Assembly: GCA_030697795.1 (NCBI GenBank)
Contig: JAUYOV010000001.1
Span: 24,486 to 88,485 of the forward strand
Source: a bacterium
Lineage (GTDB): Bacteria; Patescibacteriota; Minisyncoccia; JACQLN01
Length of the DNA: 64,000 nucleotides
Reading direction: 5' to 3'
Shown here in pieces: positions 35,932-45,665 of the stretch. Every line of letters starts with the position of its first letter. Positions within the stretch are counted from its first letter, which is position 1. The notes beneath the pieces are model-generated. The model worked only from the letters and a program-made list of their open reading frames with translations, was not told the origin of the DNA and made no database searches. The position numbers and the translations under genes are program-made.

Positions 35932-36801
35932 TTAGTTTTTAAATTTAGTTGAATACTTAAATAATTTTGCTACATTAGAAAAAAGCCGAGCTACCGTAAT
36001 TGGGCCTACGCCACCCGGAACTGGAGTAATTAACGAAATTTTGTCTTTCACAGAGTCTAAGTCTACATCACCTACTATCTTTCCGTCAACCCCGCCCTTG
36101 CCTGCAAGGGCGGGGTCAAGGATGGAAAACCCAGCATCTATAACTACGGCACCGCTTTTTAGCATATCCCCCTTTATTAAATTTGCCTCACCCACAGCGC
36201 TTATAACAATATCCGAACCCAAAGAAATTTGTTTAACCTGCTCTTTTGGCGTATTTTTATCTATGATAGATACTGTTGCACCTTCCTTTATAAGCATCGG
36301 CACTAAAAACCTGCCCACGAGCCTGCCGTAGCCAAGTAAAGCTATTTTTTTGCCAGACAAACTAATATTTTCCTCTTTTAAAATATCTAAAATAGCTTCA
36401 GCTGTTGGCGGGTTAACTAAAGAATGCTCATTAAAAAACATACCCACCGATCTATCAGAAAGCAGATCGGGATCTTTCTCTGGCGGTATAACATTTAAAA
36501 TAGAGGTGTTAATTTCGGCAGGTAATGGCATCTGAACCACCACAGCCGAAACATTTTCCATTTTTACTATTTTATTTAAATATACCCTAGCTTTTGAAAA
36601 ATCATCTTTAGAATAATGATAATGCTTAAAACCAAAACCTAAACTTTCGGCGGTTTTTCTTTTTTGAATTATATAAGAAGAATTATCTTTTTTGGCACCA
36701 AAACTAACCACAGCCACGCTTGGTTTTTGTGGCCATAAATTAGTTTCTTTTTTAATTTCTTCTAAAATTTTATTGGCTAATTGCCTACCATCAAAAATCA
36801 C
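35932..36801 (-). CDS. folD: bifunctional methylenetetrahydrofolate dehydrogenase/cyclohydrolase FolD (GTG start)
   Basis: 289 aa; ...VGRFLVPMLIKEGATVSI... and C-terminal PVPGGVGPITVA typical of FolD. Confidence 0.85.
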   Translation of the reverse strand: MIFDGRQLANKILEEIKKETNLWPQKPSVAVVSFGAKKDNSSYIIQKRKTAESLGFGFKHYHYSKDDFSKARVYLNKIVKMENVSAVVVQMPLPAEINTSILNVIPPEKDPDLLSDRSVGMFFNEHSLVNPPTAEAILDILKEENISLSGKKIALLGYGRLVGRFLVPMLIKEGATVSIIDKNTPKEQVKQISLGSDIVISAVGEANLIKGDMLKSGAVVIDAGFSILDPALAGKGGVDGKIVGDVDLDSVKDKISLITPVPGGVGPITVARLFSNVAKLFKYSTKFKN

Positions 36802-36957
36802 AATAGCTTTTAGCTTATAGCTTATAGCTTATTAGGTAAATTCCTAAAAAGCTAATAACCTAGAAAGCTAGTTACCTAGTTAAATACCATTCTAACACTT
36901 CTCGCGCTATTGGTGCTGCTATATTCGAACCCTCGCCACCGTTTTCTACTAAAACTA

Positions 36958-38760
36958 TTAAAACAATTTCTGGGTTTTCGTATGGCGCAAAAACAGAAAA
37001 CCAAGCATGCGTATTATTACCCACACCGGTTTGAGCTGTGCCTGTTTTGCCACCTGCACTGCCTGGTAAAGATGAAAGAGCTTACCCGAACCCGAAACAA
37101 TTGTTTCATGCATGGCCTTACGAATTATTTCTAAAGATTCTTGATCTACAAAATTTTTGCTTAAAACTTCGGGCTCAATATTTTTTATAACCTTGCCCGA
37201 AGCATCTGTTACATTCTTAACCACTCTTGGTTTAAATAAAGTACCATGGTTTGCGATGGCCGAAGTAGCGAGAGACAATTGCACAGGGGTTGTCTGCACA
37301 AAACCTTGCCCAATAGACATATTATAAGTATCGCCCGAAAACCAACCTTCACGCTTGTTTAAACGTTTCCAGTTTGGCGTAGGAATAAAACCATCGGCCT
37401 CACCCGGCAAATCTATTTCTGTTAATTTTGAAAAACCAAATTTTTTATAATATTCCGCCAGTTTTTCTGGCCCTAAACCCGGAATATCACCATAACCACC
37501 GCCCACAGTATAAAAAAAGATGTTAGAAGACATGGCAATCGCCTTATAAACATCCACTAGGCCCAAAACTTTCCAGCCTTTAAATATTTGGTTGCCTACC
37601 GTTATAAAACCTTTATCATTTATTAAAGTTTTATCGCTAACAATTTTTTCTTGAAGCGCGCCTATGCCAATAAATGGCTTAATGGTAGAACCCGGCGGGT
37701 AAACTCCGCCAATGGCACGGTTAAACATGGGCTGGCTATTACTTTCAAAAAGATTTTTAAAAGTTTCTAGGCTTAAACGTGTTGTAAAAACATTGCTATC
37801 GAATAAGGGAAAACTTTGTAAAGCCAATACTCCACCGCCCCTTGGATCGATTGCAATTGCAGCGCCCCTACCTAAACCAATAGCATTTAAATGCCTAGCC
37901 ATAATCTCCGTTAACTTGGCTTGTAAATCGGCATCTAAAAATAAATTTAAATTATTACCCGCCACAGCTTGCCTACTGCCCACCACCCTACCGATGCCAC
38001 CCTGGGCATAGCTTTCTAACATCGTTACGCCGTTTTGGCCTCTTAAATAATTTTCGTACTGAAGTTCTGCGCCATCTTTGCCAATAACATCTGTTAACAA
38101 AAAATCATTTTGTTTTTTGATATCCTTTTCCGTAACTCGGCCGGTATAACCTAAAACATGACTAAACACTCCTCGGTCTTCGTATTCTCTTTTAAAATTT
38201 TCTTCCAAGCGGAAACCCGGCAAGTTTTCTATTTGGCTTTTAAAAGCTAAAAGTTCGTTATGATCCAAATCTTCTAAAACTAGCACCGGGCGAAAAGAAA
38301 ATCTATTTATATCTTGATATTGTTCTTTTATGGCATCGGGCGATTGTTGCAAAAGCTCGCTTAAAATTTTTACTATTTTTTCTTGAGCTTCCTTGTTTCT
38401 AGGTAGCTCGGCCGGAATCATCACCAAGTTAAAAGACAAAACATTTTTTACCAAGGTTTTACCCTTAGCATCGTAAATTATGCCCCGAGGCGCCCGATCC
38501 CAAATTTCTTTTATATAGTTAGCTTTAGCTAGCGCGGTATATTCTTTATTTTTAAAAATAACTATATACAGATTTCTAAATAAAACCACACCAAAAATAA
38601 GCAGAAGGACCAAACCCAATTTTTTTATGGCTGAATCCGAAATGGTTTTAGAAATTCTGTTCTCCCACTTAAAGCTATTTTCGGCCAGCTGATGTTTATC
38701 AAAAAAAATCTCATCTATTTCTAAATGGTCTAGGTTTTTTATTCTTTTTTTTCTAAACAT
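36958..38760 (-). CDS. mrdA: penicillin-binding protein 2 (MrdA-like D,D-transpeptidase), apparent C-terminal frameshift
   Basis: N-terminal TM, dimerisation and transpeptidase domains. The canonical GGKTGTAQ...HAWF...FAPYENPEIV...AAPIA tail is in the +1 frame from about 37053..37081 down to a stop at 36872. Confidence 0.7.
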   Translation of the reverse strand: MFRKKRIKNLDHLEIDEIFFDKHQLAENSFKWENRISKTISDSAIKKLGLVLLLIFGVVLFRNLYIVIFKNKEYTALAKANYIKEIWDRAPRGIIYDAKGKTLVKNVLSFNLVMIPAELPRNKEAQEKIVKILSELLQQSPDAIKEQYQDINRFSFRPVLVLEDLDHNELLAFKSQIENLPGFRLEENFKREYEDRGVFSHVLGYTGRVTEKDIKKQNDFLLTDVIGKDGAELQYENYLRGQNGVTMLESYAQGGIGRVVGSRQAVAGNNLNLFLDADLQAKLTEIMARHLNAIGLGRGAAIAIDPRGGGVLALQSFPLFDSNVFTTRLSLETFKNLFESNSQPMFNRAIGGVYPPGSTIKPFIGIGALQEKIVSDKTLINDKGFITVGNQIFKGWKVLGLVDVYKAIAMSSNIFFYTVGGGYGDIPGLGPEKLAEYYKKFGFSKLTEIDLPGEADGFIPTPNWKRLNKREGWFSGDTYNMSIGQGFVQTTPVQLSLATSAIANHGTLFKPRVVKNVTDASGKVIKNIEPEVLSKNFVDQESLEIIRKAMHETIVSGSGKLFHLYQAVQVAKQAQLKPVWVIIRMLGFLFLRHTKTQKLF

Positions 38761-39229
38761 TATTAAAATCTTTAGCTAAAAATTTATTAAATAAAAAACT
38801 GCTGGCGGCCGATGTAAATATTAAAAGCACTATTGGGCCAATTCTATTTACGCCTTCGCTTATATTACCCAAGCCCAGCGCCCAATTTAAAGAAAATATA
38901 GTTAAATAAAAAACTAAAATCCCGAACCCAGAAAATACTAAAGTTTGCCAAGCCGAGCGGTGGAAGAAATTGGTAAGAAACCATCTTTCAAAAACCAGCA
39001 TCAACATTAAAGCTATAAATATTATACCTAAGTTAAAAGGGGTGGTAATTCGTATATATATTAAAGAAAAAAGAAAAAGAATTTTTAAGTGTTTAGTTGG
39101 CAAAAATAAAAAGCCGAAAGGTAAAATGGTAAAAAATAGGTTAGGGATTAAGCTTGCGCCCAAAAACCAAGGCAAAATTGCCAGATCCAACAAAACCCCA
39201 ATAACTAAAGTAAGGTAATACCACTTCAT
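38753..39229 (-). CDS. MreD-like rod-shape membrane protein
   Basis: 158 aa, 4-5 TM; immediately upstream of and overlapping mrdA, as in mreCD-mrdA clusters. Confidence 0.45.
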   Translation of the reverse strand: MKWYYLTLVIGVLLDLAILPWFLGASLIPNLFFTILPFGFLFLPTKHLKILFLFSLIYIRITTPFNLGIIFIALMLMLVFERWFLTNFFHRSAWQTLVFSGFGILVFYLTIFSLNWALGLGNISEGVNRIGPIVLLIFTSAASSFLFNKFLAKDFNNV

Positions 39230-39285
39230 TGTTAGTTATTATTGAATATACTTAGTTAAAATACAAATGCTATAATTAAGCTTAG

Positions 39286-39879
39286 ATGAAAAAGGACTTT
39301 TGGAACAATATATTTTCTCAAGATAAGAATTATGTAAAAGTAAGTCCTCTTTTTTTAGACGAACTATTTAAACATATTAATATAAAACCAAATTATAAAG
39401 CTCTAGATATCGGTTGTGGTACTGGAGATCTGGTTATTAAATTAGCTAAAAAAGGTTTTCAATCTATTGGCTTAGATGTTTCCGATGCTGCTTTATCTAA
39501 GGCAAAAAATAACGCAGAAAAAGAAGGTGTAAAAAATTTAACAAAATTTATAGAGTTTGATATTGATTCTTCCAATTATAAAAATATACCAGATTCCCCT
39601 TTTAATTTAATAGCCTGTAAATTAGTTTTTGCTTTTATAAAAGATAAATTCTCTTTTTTAAAAAACATTAAAAACATTCTAACTAAAGATGGGCATTTTG
39701 TTTTAATAACACCTGTTTTATACCCCAACGTTGAATACAGTGAACATCTTAAAAAAATATCTGTAGATAAAGAAAGAACATTAGAACTATTGAATGAAGT
39801 GTTTAGTAAAGTAGAAATTTTTAAAGAAACTCCAATAAAAGGAAACGGCACCGAAATTATTTTTATAGCTTCTCTATAA
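39286..39879 (+). CDS. class I SAM-dependent methyltransferase
   Basis: ALDIGCGTGDLVIKLAKKG motif I; 197 aa. Confidence 0.8.
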   Translation: MKKDFWNNIFSQDKNYVKVSPLFLDELFKHINIKPNYKALDIGCGTGDLVIKLAKKGFQSIGLDVSDAALSKAKNNAEKEGVKNLTKFIEFDIDSSNYKNIPDSPFNLIACKLVFAFIKDKFSFLKNIKNILTKDGHFVLITPVLYPNVEYSEHLKKISVDKERTLELLNEVFSKVEIFKETPIKGNGTEIIFIASL

Positions 39880-39946
39880 AAAAGTTATAAAACAAAAATG
39901 CCCGTCTTTTACACGGGCGTAAAGGAGAATTTCGTTTGGCTTTGTT

Positions 39947-40207
39947 TTAAGCCAAACCCAGTTCTTTTAATTCTGTGAGTGTATGAACTTCCGCCCAAAA
40001 TTTAAACCCTTCTTCAAGAAGTTCCTCTAATTCTTTAAACATATTCAAACAAAAACGTATAATTTCTTCATCATTATCGGGATCATTTTTTAGCCCTACT
40101 ACTCTTTCAAATTCTCTTAAATTATCTGGAAAGTTTCTAAACATAAGAGATTCTCGCGCTAAAGCCAGAGTTTCTTCTTTTAGTTTTTCAAATTCTTCGG
40201 TGTTCAT
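39947..40207 (-). CDS. hypothetical small acidic protein
   Basis: 86-aa ORF, last gene of the minus-strand block 43096->39947. Confidence 0.3.
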   Translation of the reverse strand: MNTEEFEKLKEETLALARESLMFRNFPDNLREFERVVGLKNDPDNDEEIIRFCLNMFKELEELLEEGFKFWAEVHTLTELKELGLA

Positions 40208-40242
40208 ATTTTTTCTCCTTGTTTTAATGTTTTTAAAAGAAC

Positions 40243-40836
40243 TTATGAATTTAGTAATCCATCTACAAATTTGTAAAAACTCTCTTTTTCCTTTCTTACT
40301 TTATCACCTTTTGCTATTTCTGTTTTTTCTCTTAGTTTTATCCTGTCATCTTCACTAAGTCCGACTGGTCTTAAGGGTGTGCTTAGTGTTTTAGCAATTT
40401 CTTCTTGTTGTACTTCTTCAAAACCTCTTAACATTTCTAATTTATTCAGTTTTCCTGCTAATTCACCCACAGAATTTGCAAAACGCTGGCGAATTTCTAG
40501 CCGTCGTTCTTTTCTTTCTGTTATGTGATCGACTATCAATGACCCAATATCAGCAATAGTTTTTCCTAAAATCGGTTTAACTTCAGCTGGTTCTGTTAAA
40601 ACATCTTTTTTTGCTTCTTGAACAACTCTTTTTACTTCTACGCCCTTGTCAGCCATAAATAACTTTACTCTTATTCCTAATGCAATAACACCTACTATAG
40701 CCTCCGCAGTAGTTATTTTTTTCTCGGCTTGTTCTGGTGTTACTAATGTTTCGTCTTTTTCTGTTTCTGGATTTTCTTTTTGTTCTTGAGCTTCTCTTCC
40801 TTCTGGATAGAATTTCCCTAGTTCACTAATTCTCAT
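40243..40836 (-). CDS. hypothetical protein with one central hydrophobic segment
   Basis: 197 aa, charged and coiled-coil-like. Confidence 0.3.
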   Translation of the reverse strand: MRISELGKFYPEGREAQEQKENPETEKDETLVTPEQAEKKITTAEAIVGVIALGIRVKLFMADKGVEVKRVVQEAKKDVLTEPAEVKPILGKTIADIGSLIVDHITERKERRLEIRQRFANSVGELAGKLNKLEMLRGFEEVQQEEIAKTLSTPLRPVGLSEDDRIKLREKTEIAKGDKVRKEKESFYKFVDGLLNS

Positions 40837-40894
40837 ATTTAAATATATACATGCTGGGTATATTTAAGTAAAGAATTTGAGAGGTCATTTAAAA

Positions 40895-41563
40895 TTATTT
40901 ATCATTCAATAAAAAATCCTTTCCTTCTTTTATAACTTCATCTATACTCCCCCATTGTTTTGAGGCATATAAATTTCTTAATCCTTTCTCGTTTGGCTTG
41001 CCTTTTTGTTCGGGATTAGAAAAATAAGATAAGGACTCTTTAAGTAATTCATATTTTTCATACCCGAGTTTATCTTTAAGATTCAAATAATAAAAATAAA
41101 ACATAAAATGGTTTAATTCATGCAAAAGAACTTTTATTTGTTTTTCTGGGGTATCGTTTAAATAAATATAAATAAACTTATCTTTGTAGCTATAAGGACA
41201 TAAAGATAAAGATGTTAAATAAATTGTAATATTATCAAAAGGAAATTCTTTTTTATATAAATTCTCTAATTTTTGTAAAACTAATCCACCTTTTTCTTCC
41301 CATTTATTTTCTAAATTTTTAATAACATTTTCTATTTTTTGATGATTTTTTATTTCCCATTCATTTAAAAAAGTTTTTATTCGCACACCTGCGTCTTCTT
41401 TGTTTTTAGAATTTTCTATCTCTTTTCTTAATTTTGAATCCAATTGGCTAAGAAGTTTCTCACGAATATTTTCTCTACCATGCTTTAAATGCTTAAACTC
41501 AAAAACACCATCTAGGTGGTTTTTGGTGTCTTTCTCTATTGAATATGTTATTTTTAAATTCAT
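40895..41563 (-). CDS. HExxH-motif protein, putative zinc metallopeptidase
   Basis: 222 aa with LLHELNHF (HExxH); directly downstream of the Cys/Asp precursor peptide. Confidence 0.35.
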   Translation of the reverse strand: MNLKITYSIEKDTKNHLDGVFEFKHLKHGRENIREKLLSQLDSKLRKEIENSKNKEDAGVRIKTFLNEWEIKNHQKIENVIKNLENKWEEKGGLVLQKLENLYKKEFPFDNITIYLTSLSLCPYSYKDKFIYIYLNDTPEKQIKVLLHELNHFMFYFYYLNLKDKLGYEKYELLKESLSYFSNPEQKGKPNEKGLRNLYASKQWGSIDEVIKEGKDFLLNDK

Positions 41564-41623
41564 TTTTTAAAAAACCCTCAATTCTGTGTATTTTACAGAA
41601 CTGAGGGTGAACTTCAATCATGA

Positions 41624-41767
41624 TCAATCTCCGTCAATGCAATCGCAATCGCAACTGTCACATTCCACACAATCGTCGCAGTCGTGACAATCGCAATCGC
41701 AAGAGCTATCGGGCATGACCGCACTAGCATCATGTCCATGCTTTAGCTGGACAATACCTGCTGGCAT
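41624..41767 (-). CDS. Cys/Asp-rich 47-aa precursor peptide (candidate ranthipeptide/SCIFF-like RiPP precursor)
   Basis: MPAGIVQLKHGHDASAVMPDSSCDCDCHDCDDCVECDSCDCDCIDGD: 9 Cys alternating with Asp/Glu in the C-terminal 25 aa; starts 16 nt after the rSAM/SPASM stop; below the ORF-track cutoff. Confidence 0.55.
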   Translation of the reverse strand: MPAGIVQLKHGHDASAVMPDSSCDCDCHDCDDCVECDSCDCDCIDGD

Positions 41768-41782
41768 TATTCTCACCCCCTT

Positions 41783-43096
41783 TCATGGTTGAAGTGGAAC
41801 TAGGATTTTACTACTTACAAGCCTAGAAATCGTTTCCTCTGCTTCTTTTATAATAACACCATATTCCTTAGAAATAACACTAGGGTCAATATTAGATCCA
41901 ACATTCCTCGATTCCATAAGAATTTTATACATTCTATGATCTATGGATAACCAATTTCTTTGGTTAAAAAATGCTATTGCACCAAAACTTTCTGGCCTAA
42001 AACGCACCTCATCAGAAACTCTATATAAAGTATTTCCTTTATTTTTAGTCTTATTTTTTATCACATGGAAATTGCGATTAATACAGCCCAAACAACTAGG
42101 GTCCTTACCCCCTAAACCTCTATTATGAGTATAAGCTTCTATTCTACAACCACCTCCACAAAAAAATGGGAAGGCAGAACATTTATCTTTACATAATATG
42201 GGTATAAGAGAATCATCCCTCCATGCATGCATATTATTCCAAGCATTTTTTAATCCATCTGCAATATTTCCATACTCCATAGAAGCATGAGAACAAGGAC
42301 GAATTTCGCCATTAAAACCAATTGAACAAGAAGTTTTAGCAGCCGTACAACTTCTAAAACCAAACGTGGCGCGGGCATCATTGTTTGGAAACACACAAGT
42401 TGGATAATGTTCTAAAGAATCAACATTAATATCGTACTTATCTCTAATACGTAAAAGCACTCCAAACATTTCCGTTAACTGGGCTTGATCTATAGAAAAC
42501 TCACTAAAATCAAGACAATTACTAGGAGCAGAAGCTTTTGTAGCACAAAAAGTTTTAGCTCCTAGTTCTTTAGCTAATTTTCCTGTCTCTTCAATAGTGT
42601 GAAAATTATCTTTTGTAACTACCATGTTAACAGAAACACCCAACCCGTTTTGTACAGCAAATCTAATCTTTTTAACAATTATTTTATAAGAACCTTTCCT
42701 TTGGGAGATTTTATCATTTATTTGAGGATCAGCCGACATAAGAGATGTTAAAACTGATTTAATACCCAGCTCTCCTAACAAATAAATCATTTTTGGCGTT
42801 AATAAAGTTATATTACTATTTAAATTGAAGGTTATTCCTCTTGATCTCATCCTTTTTAATATATTACTGATCCTAGGAATAACAAGCAGGGGTTCCCCAC
42901 CGGTTAAGGTAATACTAAAAACATTATTTTCAACCACCTCTTTTTCAACAAGACAAAAAATACTATCATTAACCTCAAAAACAGGACTGCCTATCTCTTC
43001 CGATCGCCAATAGTTATAACAATGAATACAGTTATGATTACACCAAGATGTAAGCTCCCACTGTACATTTATAGGTCCAGAAAGCCTAGTAAACAT
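41783..43096 (-). CDS. radical SAM enzyme with C-terminal SPASM domain (peptide-modifying maturase)
   Basis: CNHNCIHC (Cx3Cx2C) at residues 19-26; C-terminal Cys cluster CTAAKTSC...RPCSHAS...CKDKCSAFPFFCGGGC typical of SPASM auxiliary Fe-S domains. Confidence 0.8.
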   Translation of the reverse strand: MFTRLSGPINVQWELTSWCNHNCIHCYNYWRSEEIGSPVFEVNDSIFCLVEKEVVENNVFSITLTGGEPLLVIPRISNILKRMRSRGITFNLNSNITLLTPKMIYLLGELGIKSVLTSLMSADPQINDKISQRKGSYKIIVKKIRFAVQNGLGVSVNMVVTKDNFHTIEETGKLAKELGAKTFCATKASAPSNCLDFSEFSIDQAQLTEMFGVLLRIRDKYDINVDSLEHYPTCVFPNNDARATFGFRSCTAAKTSCSIGFNGEIRPCSHASMEYGNIADGLKNAWNNMHAWRDDSLIPILCKDKCSAFPFFCGGGCRIEAYTHNRGLGGKDPSCLGCINRNFHVIKNKTKNKGNTLYRVSDEVRFRPESFGAIAFFNQRNWLSIDHRMYKILMESRNVGSNIDPSVISKEYGVIIKEAEETISRLVSSKILVPLQP

Positions 43097-43192
43097 GATA
43101 CTTTCTCCTTGTGATTTGTTTAGTATAAAAAGTACTGTTTAAAGTGTATTACTACATATAACTATTGTCAATTAGTTATATTTTAGGTATAG

Positions 43193-43762
43193 TTGATTAG
43201 AAAAATTATAAAAGTTATGAAAGAAATAGAAGTTAAAATTGAATTAACATCAAAAGAATTTAAAAACCTTACTCCTGTTTCTAGTGGTTTCCACTTGGAA
43301 AGAACTTTTGGTTATTTTAAAAAAGATTTTTCAAATATAAAAGAAGGCATATTTCCAAGAATAAAATATATAGATGGAAAGAAAAAAGAAGTTATTTTAA
43401 CTGTAAAAAGAAAAATAAAAAAGAACGTTAAATTTTTTGAGCGAGAAGAAATGGAAGTTAAAATGACTGGAGGGGAAAAAATAGAAATATTAAGAGAGAT
43501 GATAAAATCTTTAGGATTTAGTAAAGAAATAATTTTTGAAAAGAAAAGAAAAAATATTTTTAAAAAAGATATAGTGATTTCTTTCGATAAACTCCCTTTT
43601 GGTTTTTTTGTTGAGTTTGAAGGTGAACCAGAAAAGATAAACAAGTATCTTGGTAAATTTAATCTTTTAAACCGTCCTAGAATTACTAGAGCATACCTTG
43701 GAGTGTGGGAAGATTATAAAAACAAAAATAATATTAAAGAGGAGGATTGTCTTTTTAAATAA
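43193..43762 (+). CDS. CYTH-domain (triphosphate tunnel metalloenzyme/CyaB-like) protein
   Basis: MKEIEVKIEL (ExExK signature) near the N-terminus; true start probably 43217. Confidence 0.6.
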   Translation: MIRKIIKVMKEIEVKIELTSKEFKNLTPVSSGFHLERTFGYFKKDFSNIKEGIFPRIKYIDGKKKEVILTVKRKIKKNVKFFEREEMEVKMTGGEKIEILREMIKSLGFSKEIIFEKKRKNIFKKDIVISFDKLPFGFFVEFEGEPEKINKYLGKFNLLNRPRITRAYLGVWEDYKNKNNIKEEDCLFK

Positions 43763-43854
43763 GAAGATTGAAATATGTATTCAAAACTTTAAAAACTCAA
43801 ATTAAAAACCCCTGCTTGTGTTTCAAGCAGGGGGGTTCTATAGAGGCTTAGCCT

Positions 43855-45234
43855 CTATAGAGATTTGCCGAAGCTGTCGGCGAAGAGGAAGAAATCGCCG
43901 AAGCCGATTTCTCCATTCCAATCGAGGTCATATTGCTGAACCTCTTGGGTAAGAGCTTTTCGGCCAAAGTAATCGGCAAAGAGGAAAAAATCTTCGAAAT
44001 CTACCATGTCGTCGCCAGTAAAATCTGGAATGGGTAAAGAAACAACTTCCCACTCCTTAGAATTTACCAGCAACTTATCGGGATCGTACCGAACGAATTC
44101 GGTTGTATCTGTCACTTCCACTTTTACAGTATGCTGACCATAGCCAATACTCGTGTCTGTAACCTGGAAAGTTGTGGCATCATCGGCTATGGGCATAACT
44201 ACCCCATCCACAAACCATTGGATTCTTAAATTATGATCCGTCGGCTGAGGCATATTCCTTATTGTGAAAGTGGTGGTATGCTCGCCAACATCTACCGCCA
44301 AATCCGCCAACGGATTGACGTATTTGTAGATGGCTTTGACGATGGCTTCACGGCAGACCTTGCAGAACTGGGGCCTAGGTTCAACATCTGGATCGTAAGC
44401 ACCCATAGTGCATTTAAGCTCTGGATGATACCATCCAGATGCAAATCCTCCACCACCTTCAAACAAACCAACCCTACCAGCAAATTCATCTACAGATGGA
44501 GTTGGAATAGGAACTGTTGGATCAATCCAATGTTTCCACCTTATGAGATTGAATTTTGTTTCGGTGGTTACATTGATCAAACCAACAGTACTTCCAAAAC
44601 TTCTTTCGGTTTGACCAGGCTTCATAGCAAGAAGACCTGTGTATTCATCTTGAACACCTGCTAGAGCGTGCGCTAATTCGTGCGCACATGTACTCGCATA
44701 TAGCTCGGGAACAAAAGGTTTCGGATCACCACGTAACATTCCTGCACCTAAAGTAGCTATACCTATTAAAGATAGGCCAGGAGGCTGCGCAGCCTCAGCA
44801 CCAGCAAAATCGTTTACAATTAAAACTGAAACAATTGGATCCTCTTTGCCAAAAAAACTTCTGGAAATAGATTCTATTATTTCAAGATTCGGGTTATAAC
44901 CGCCAAACTGCCCAAAATAAGTTTTGGGTGTCTGGCCGTATTCTACAGCAGAAAGAAGTGAATCTTGAGAAGCTGCCCATATCAGATGCACATTGAAAAA
45001 CTTCTTGTACTCCTTGTAAGGTGTACGTTCAAACATATTATCAATCGCCAACCTAGCATCGCTGTAGAATCTTTCTCTCATAGAAGCCGTGTAAGCCTCT
45101 GAAAGAAAGACTATGTTTACTCTGTTACTGCTGTGGCCGTTTTCCATTATTGCGGTTATGGTTGGTACTTCTTCAGAAAATACAGAAGTTACCCAAGCCA
45201 TAACAATGGCTAAAGTGAAAATATATTTTTTCAA
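43855..45234 (-). CDS. secreted M64-like zinc metallopeptidase with C-terminal dockerin-type repeats
   Basis: Signal peptide; HELAHAL HExxH; tandem Ca-binding-like repeats DFTGDDMVDFEDFFLFADYFG and DLDWNGEIGFGDFFLFADSFG. Confidence 0.6.
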   Translation of the reverse strand: MKKYIFTLAIVMAWVTSVFSEEVPTITAIMENGHSSNRVNIVFLSEAYTASMRERFYSDARLAIDNMFERTPYKEYKKFFNVHLIWAASQDSLLSAVEYGQTPKTYFGQFGGYNPNLEIIESISRSFFGKEDPIVSVLIVNDFAGAEAAQPPGLSLIGIATLGAGMLRGDPKPFVPELYASTCAHELAHALAGVQDEYTGLLAMKPGQTERSFGSTVGLINVTTETKFNLIRWKHWIDPTVPIPTPSVDEFAGRVGLFEGGGGFASGWYHPELKCTMGAYDPDVEPRPQFCKVCREAIVKAIYKYVNPLADLAVDVGEHTTTFTIRNMPQPTDHNLRIQWFVDGVVMPIADDATTFQVTDTSIGYGQHTVKVEVTDTTEFVRYDPDKLLVNSKEWEVVSLPIPDFTGDDMVDFEDFFLFADYFGRKALTQEVQQYDLDWNGEIGFGDFFLFADSFGKSL

Positions 45235-45257
45235 CTTTTTTCCTCCTCTTAAGATTT

Positions 45258-45296
45258 AAGGTCAGACCTTGTCTTAGGGATTAAGGTCTGACCTTT
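45258..45296. terminator. hairpin element aaggtcagacc...ggtctgacctt plus T-run (member of a 2-copy family)
   Basis: 11-bp stem then ttttt; related copy at 47629..47668. Confidence 0.6.
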
Positions 45297-45463
45297 TTAG
45301 GAATTTTTTAAAGGACTAGCCGTGGTTTTGAATGTTTTTATGATACCATAAAAGATAAGCAAAAGCAAGTTAGCAATTATCCACAATAGGAAAAAGAAAA
45401 AGGTATACTCGTTAGAGCATACCTTTAAGGAAGGAACACGGAGTTACTGGTCGGCCGACAGAA

Positions 45464-45583
45464 TCAGCTATTGCTGGTATCGGCATCGTCATCGCCGTCA
45501 TTTCCTTGCTCTTCGGCGGGACCGTCATCCCAGTCTTGGTAATCGGAATCCCCGTCTCCGCCGCCCAAGCGTAGTTGGCTCAT
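45464..45583 (-). CDS. acidic 39-aa small peptide with strong RBS
   Basis: AAGGAGGTGATATAA-ATG; MSQLRLGGGDGDSDYQDWDDGPAEEQGNDGDDDADTSNS; ~55% GC; downstream of the GNAT and M16 genes on the same strand. Confidence 0.3.
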   Translation of the reverse strand: MSQLRLGGGDGDSDYQDWDDGPAEEQGNDGDDDADTSNS

Positions 45584-45665
45584 TTATATCACCTCCTTTC
45601 GCCAGTTTGATATTGAAAGAACTTACTAGTTAGCTTACAACTTTTAAATATATACCTTAAAATAT

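Noticed and set aside
36805-36832. Tandem repeat (agcttat)x3-4 upstream of folD as a microsatellite or phase-variation tract
   Set aside because: It lies in non-coding spacer between the folD start and the corrected PBP2 stop. It is too short and too isolated to argue phase variation
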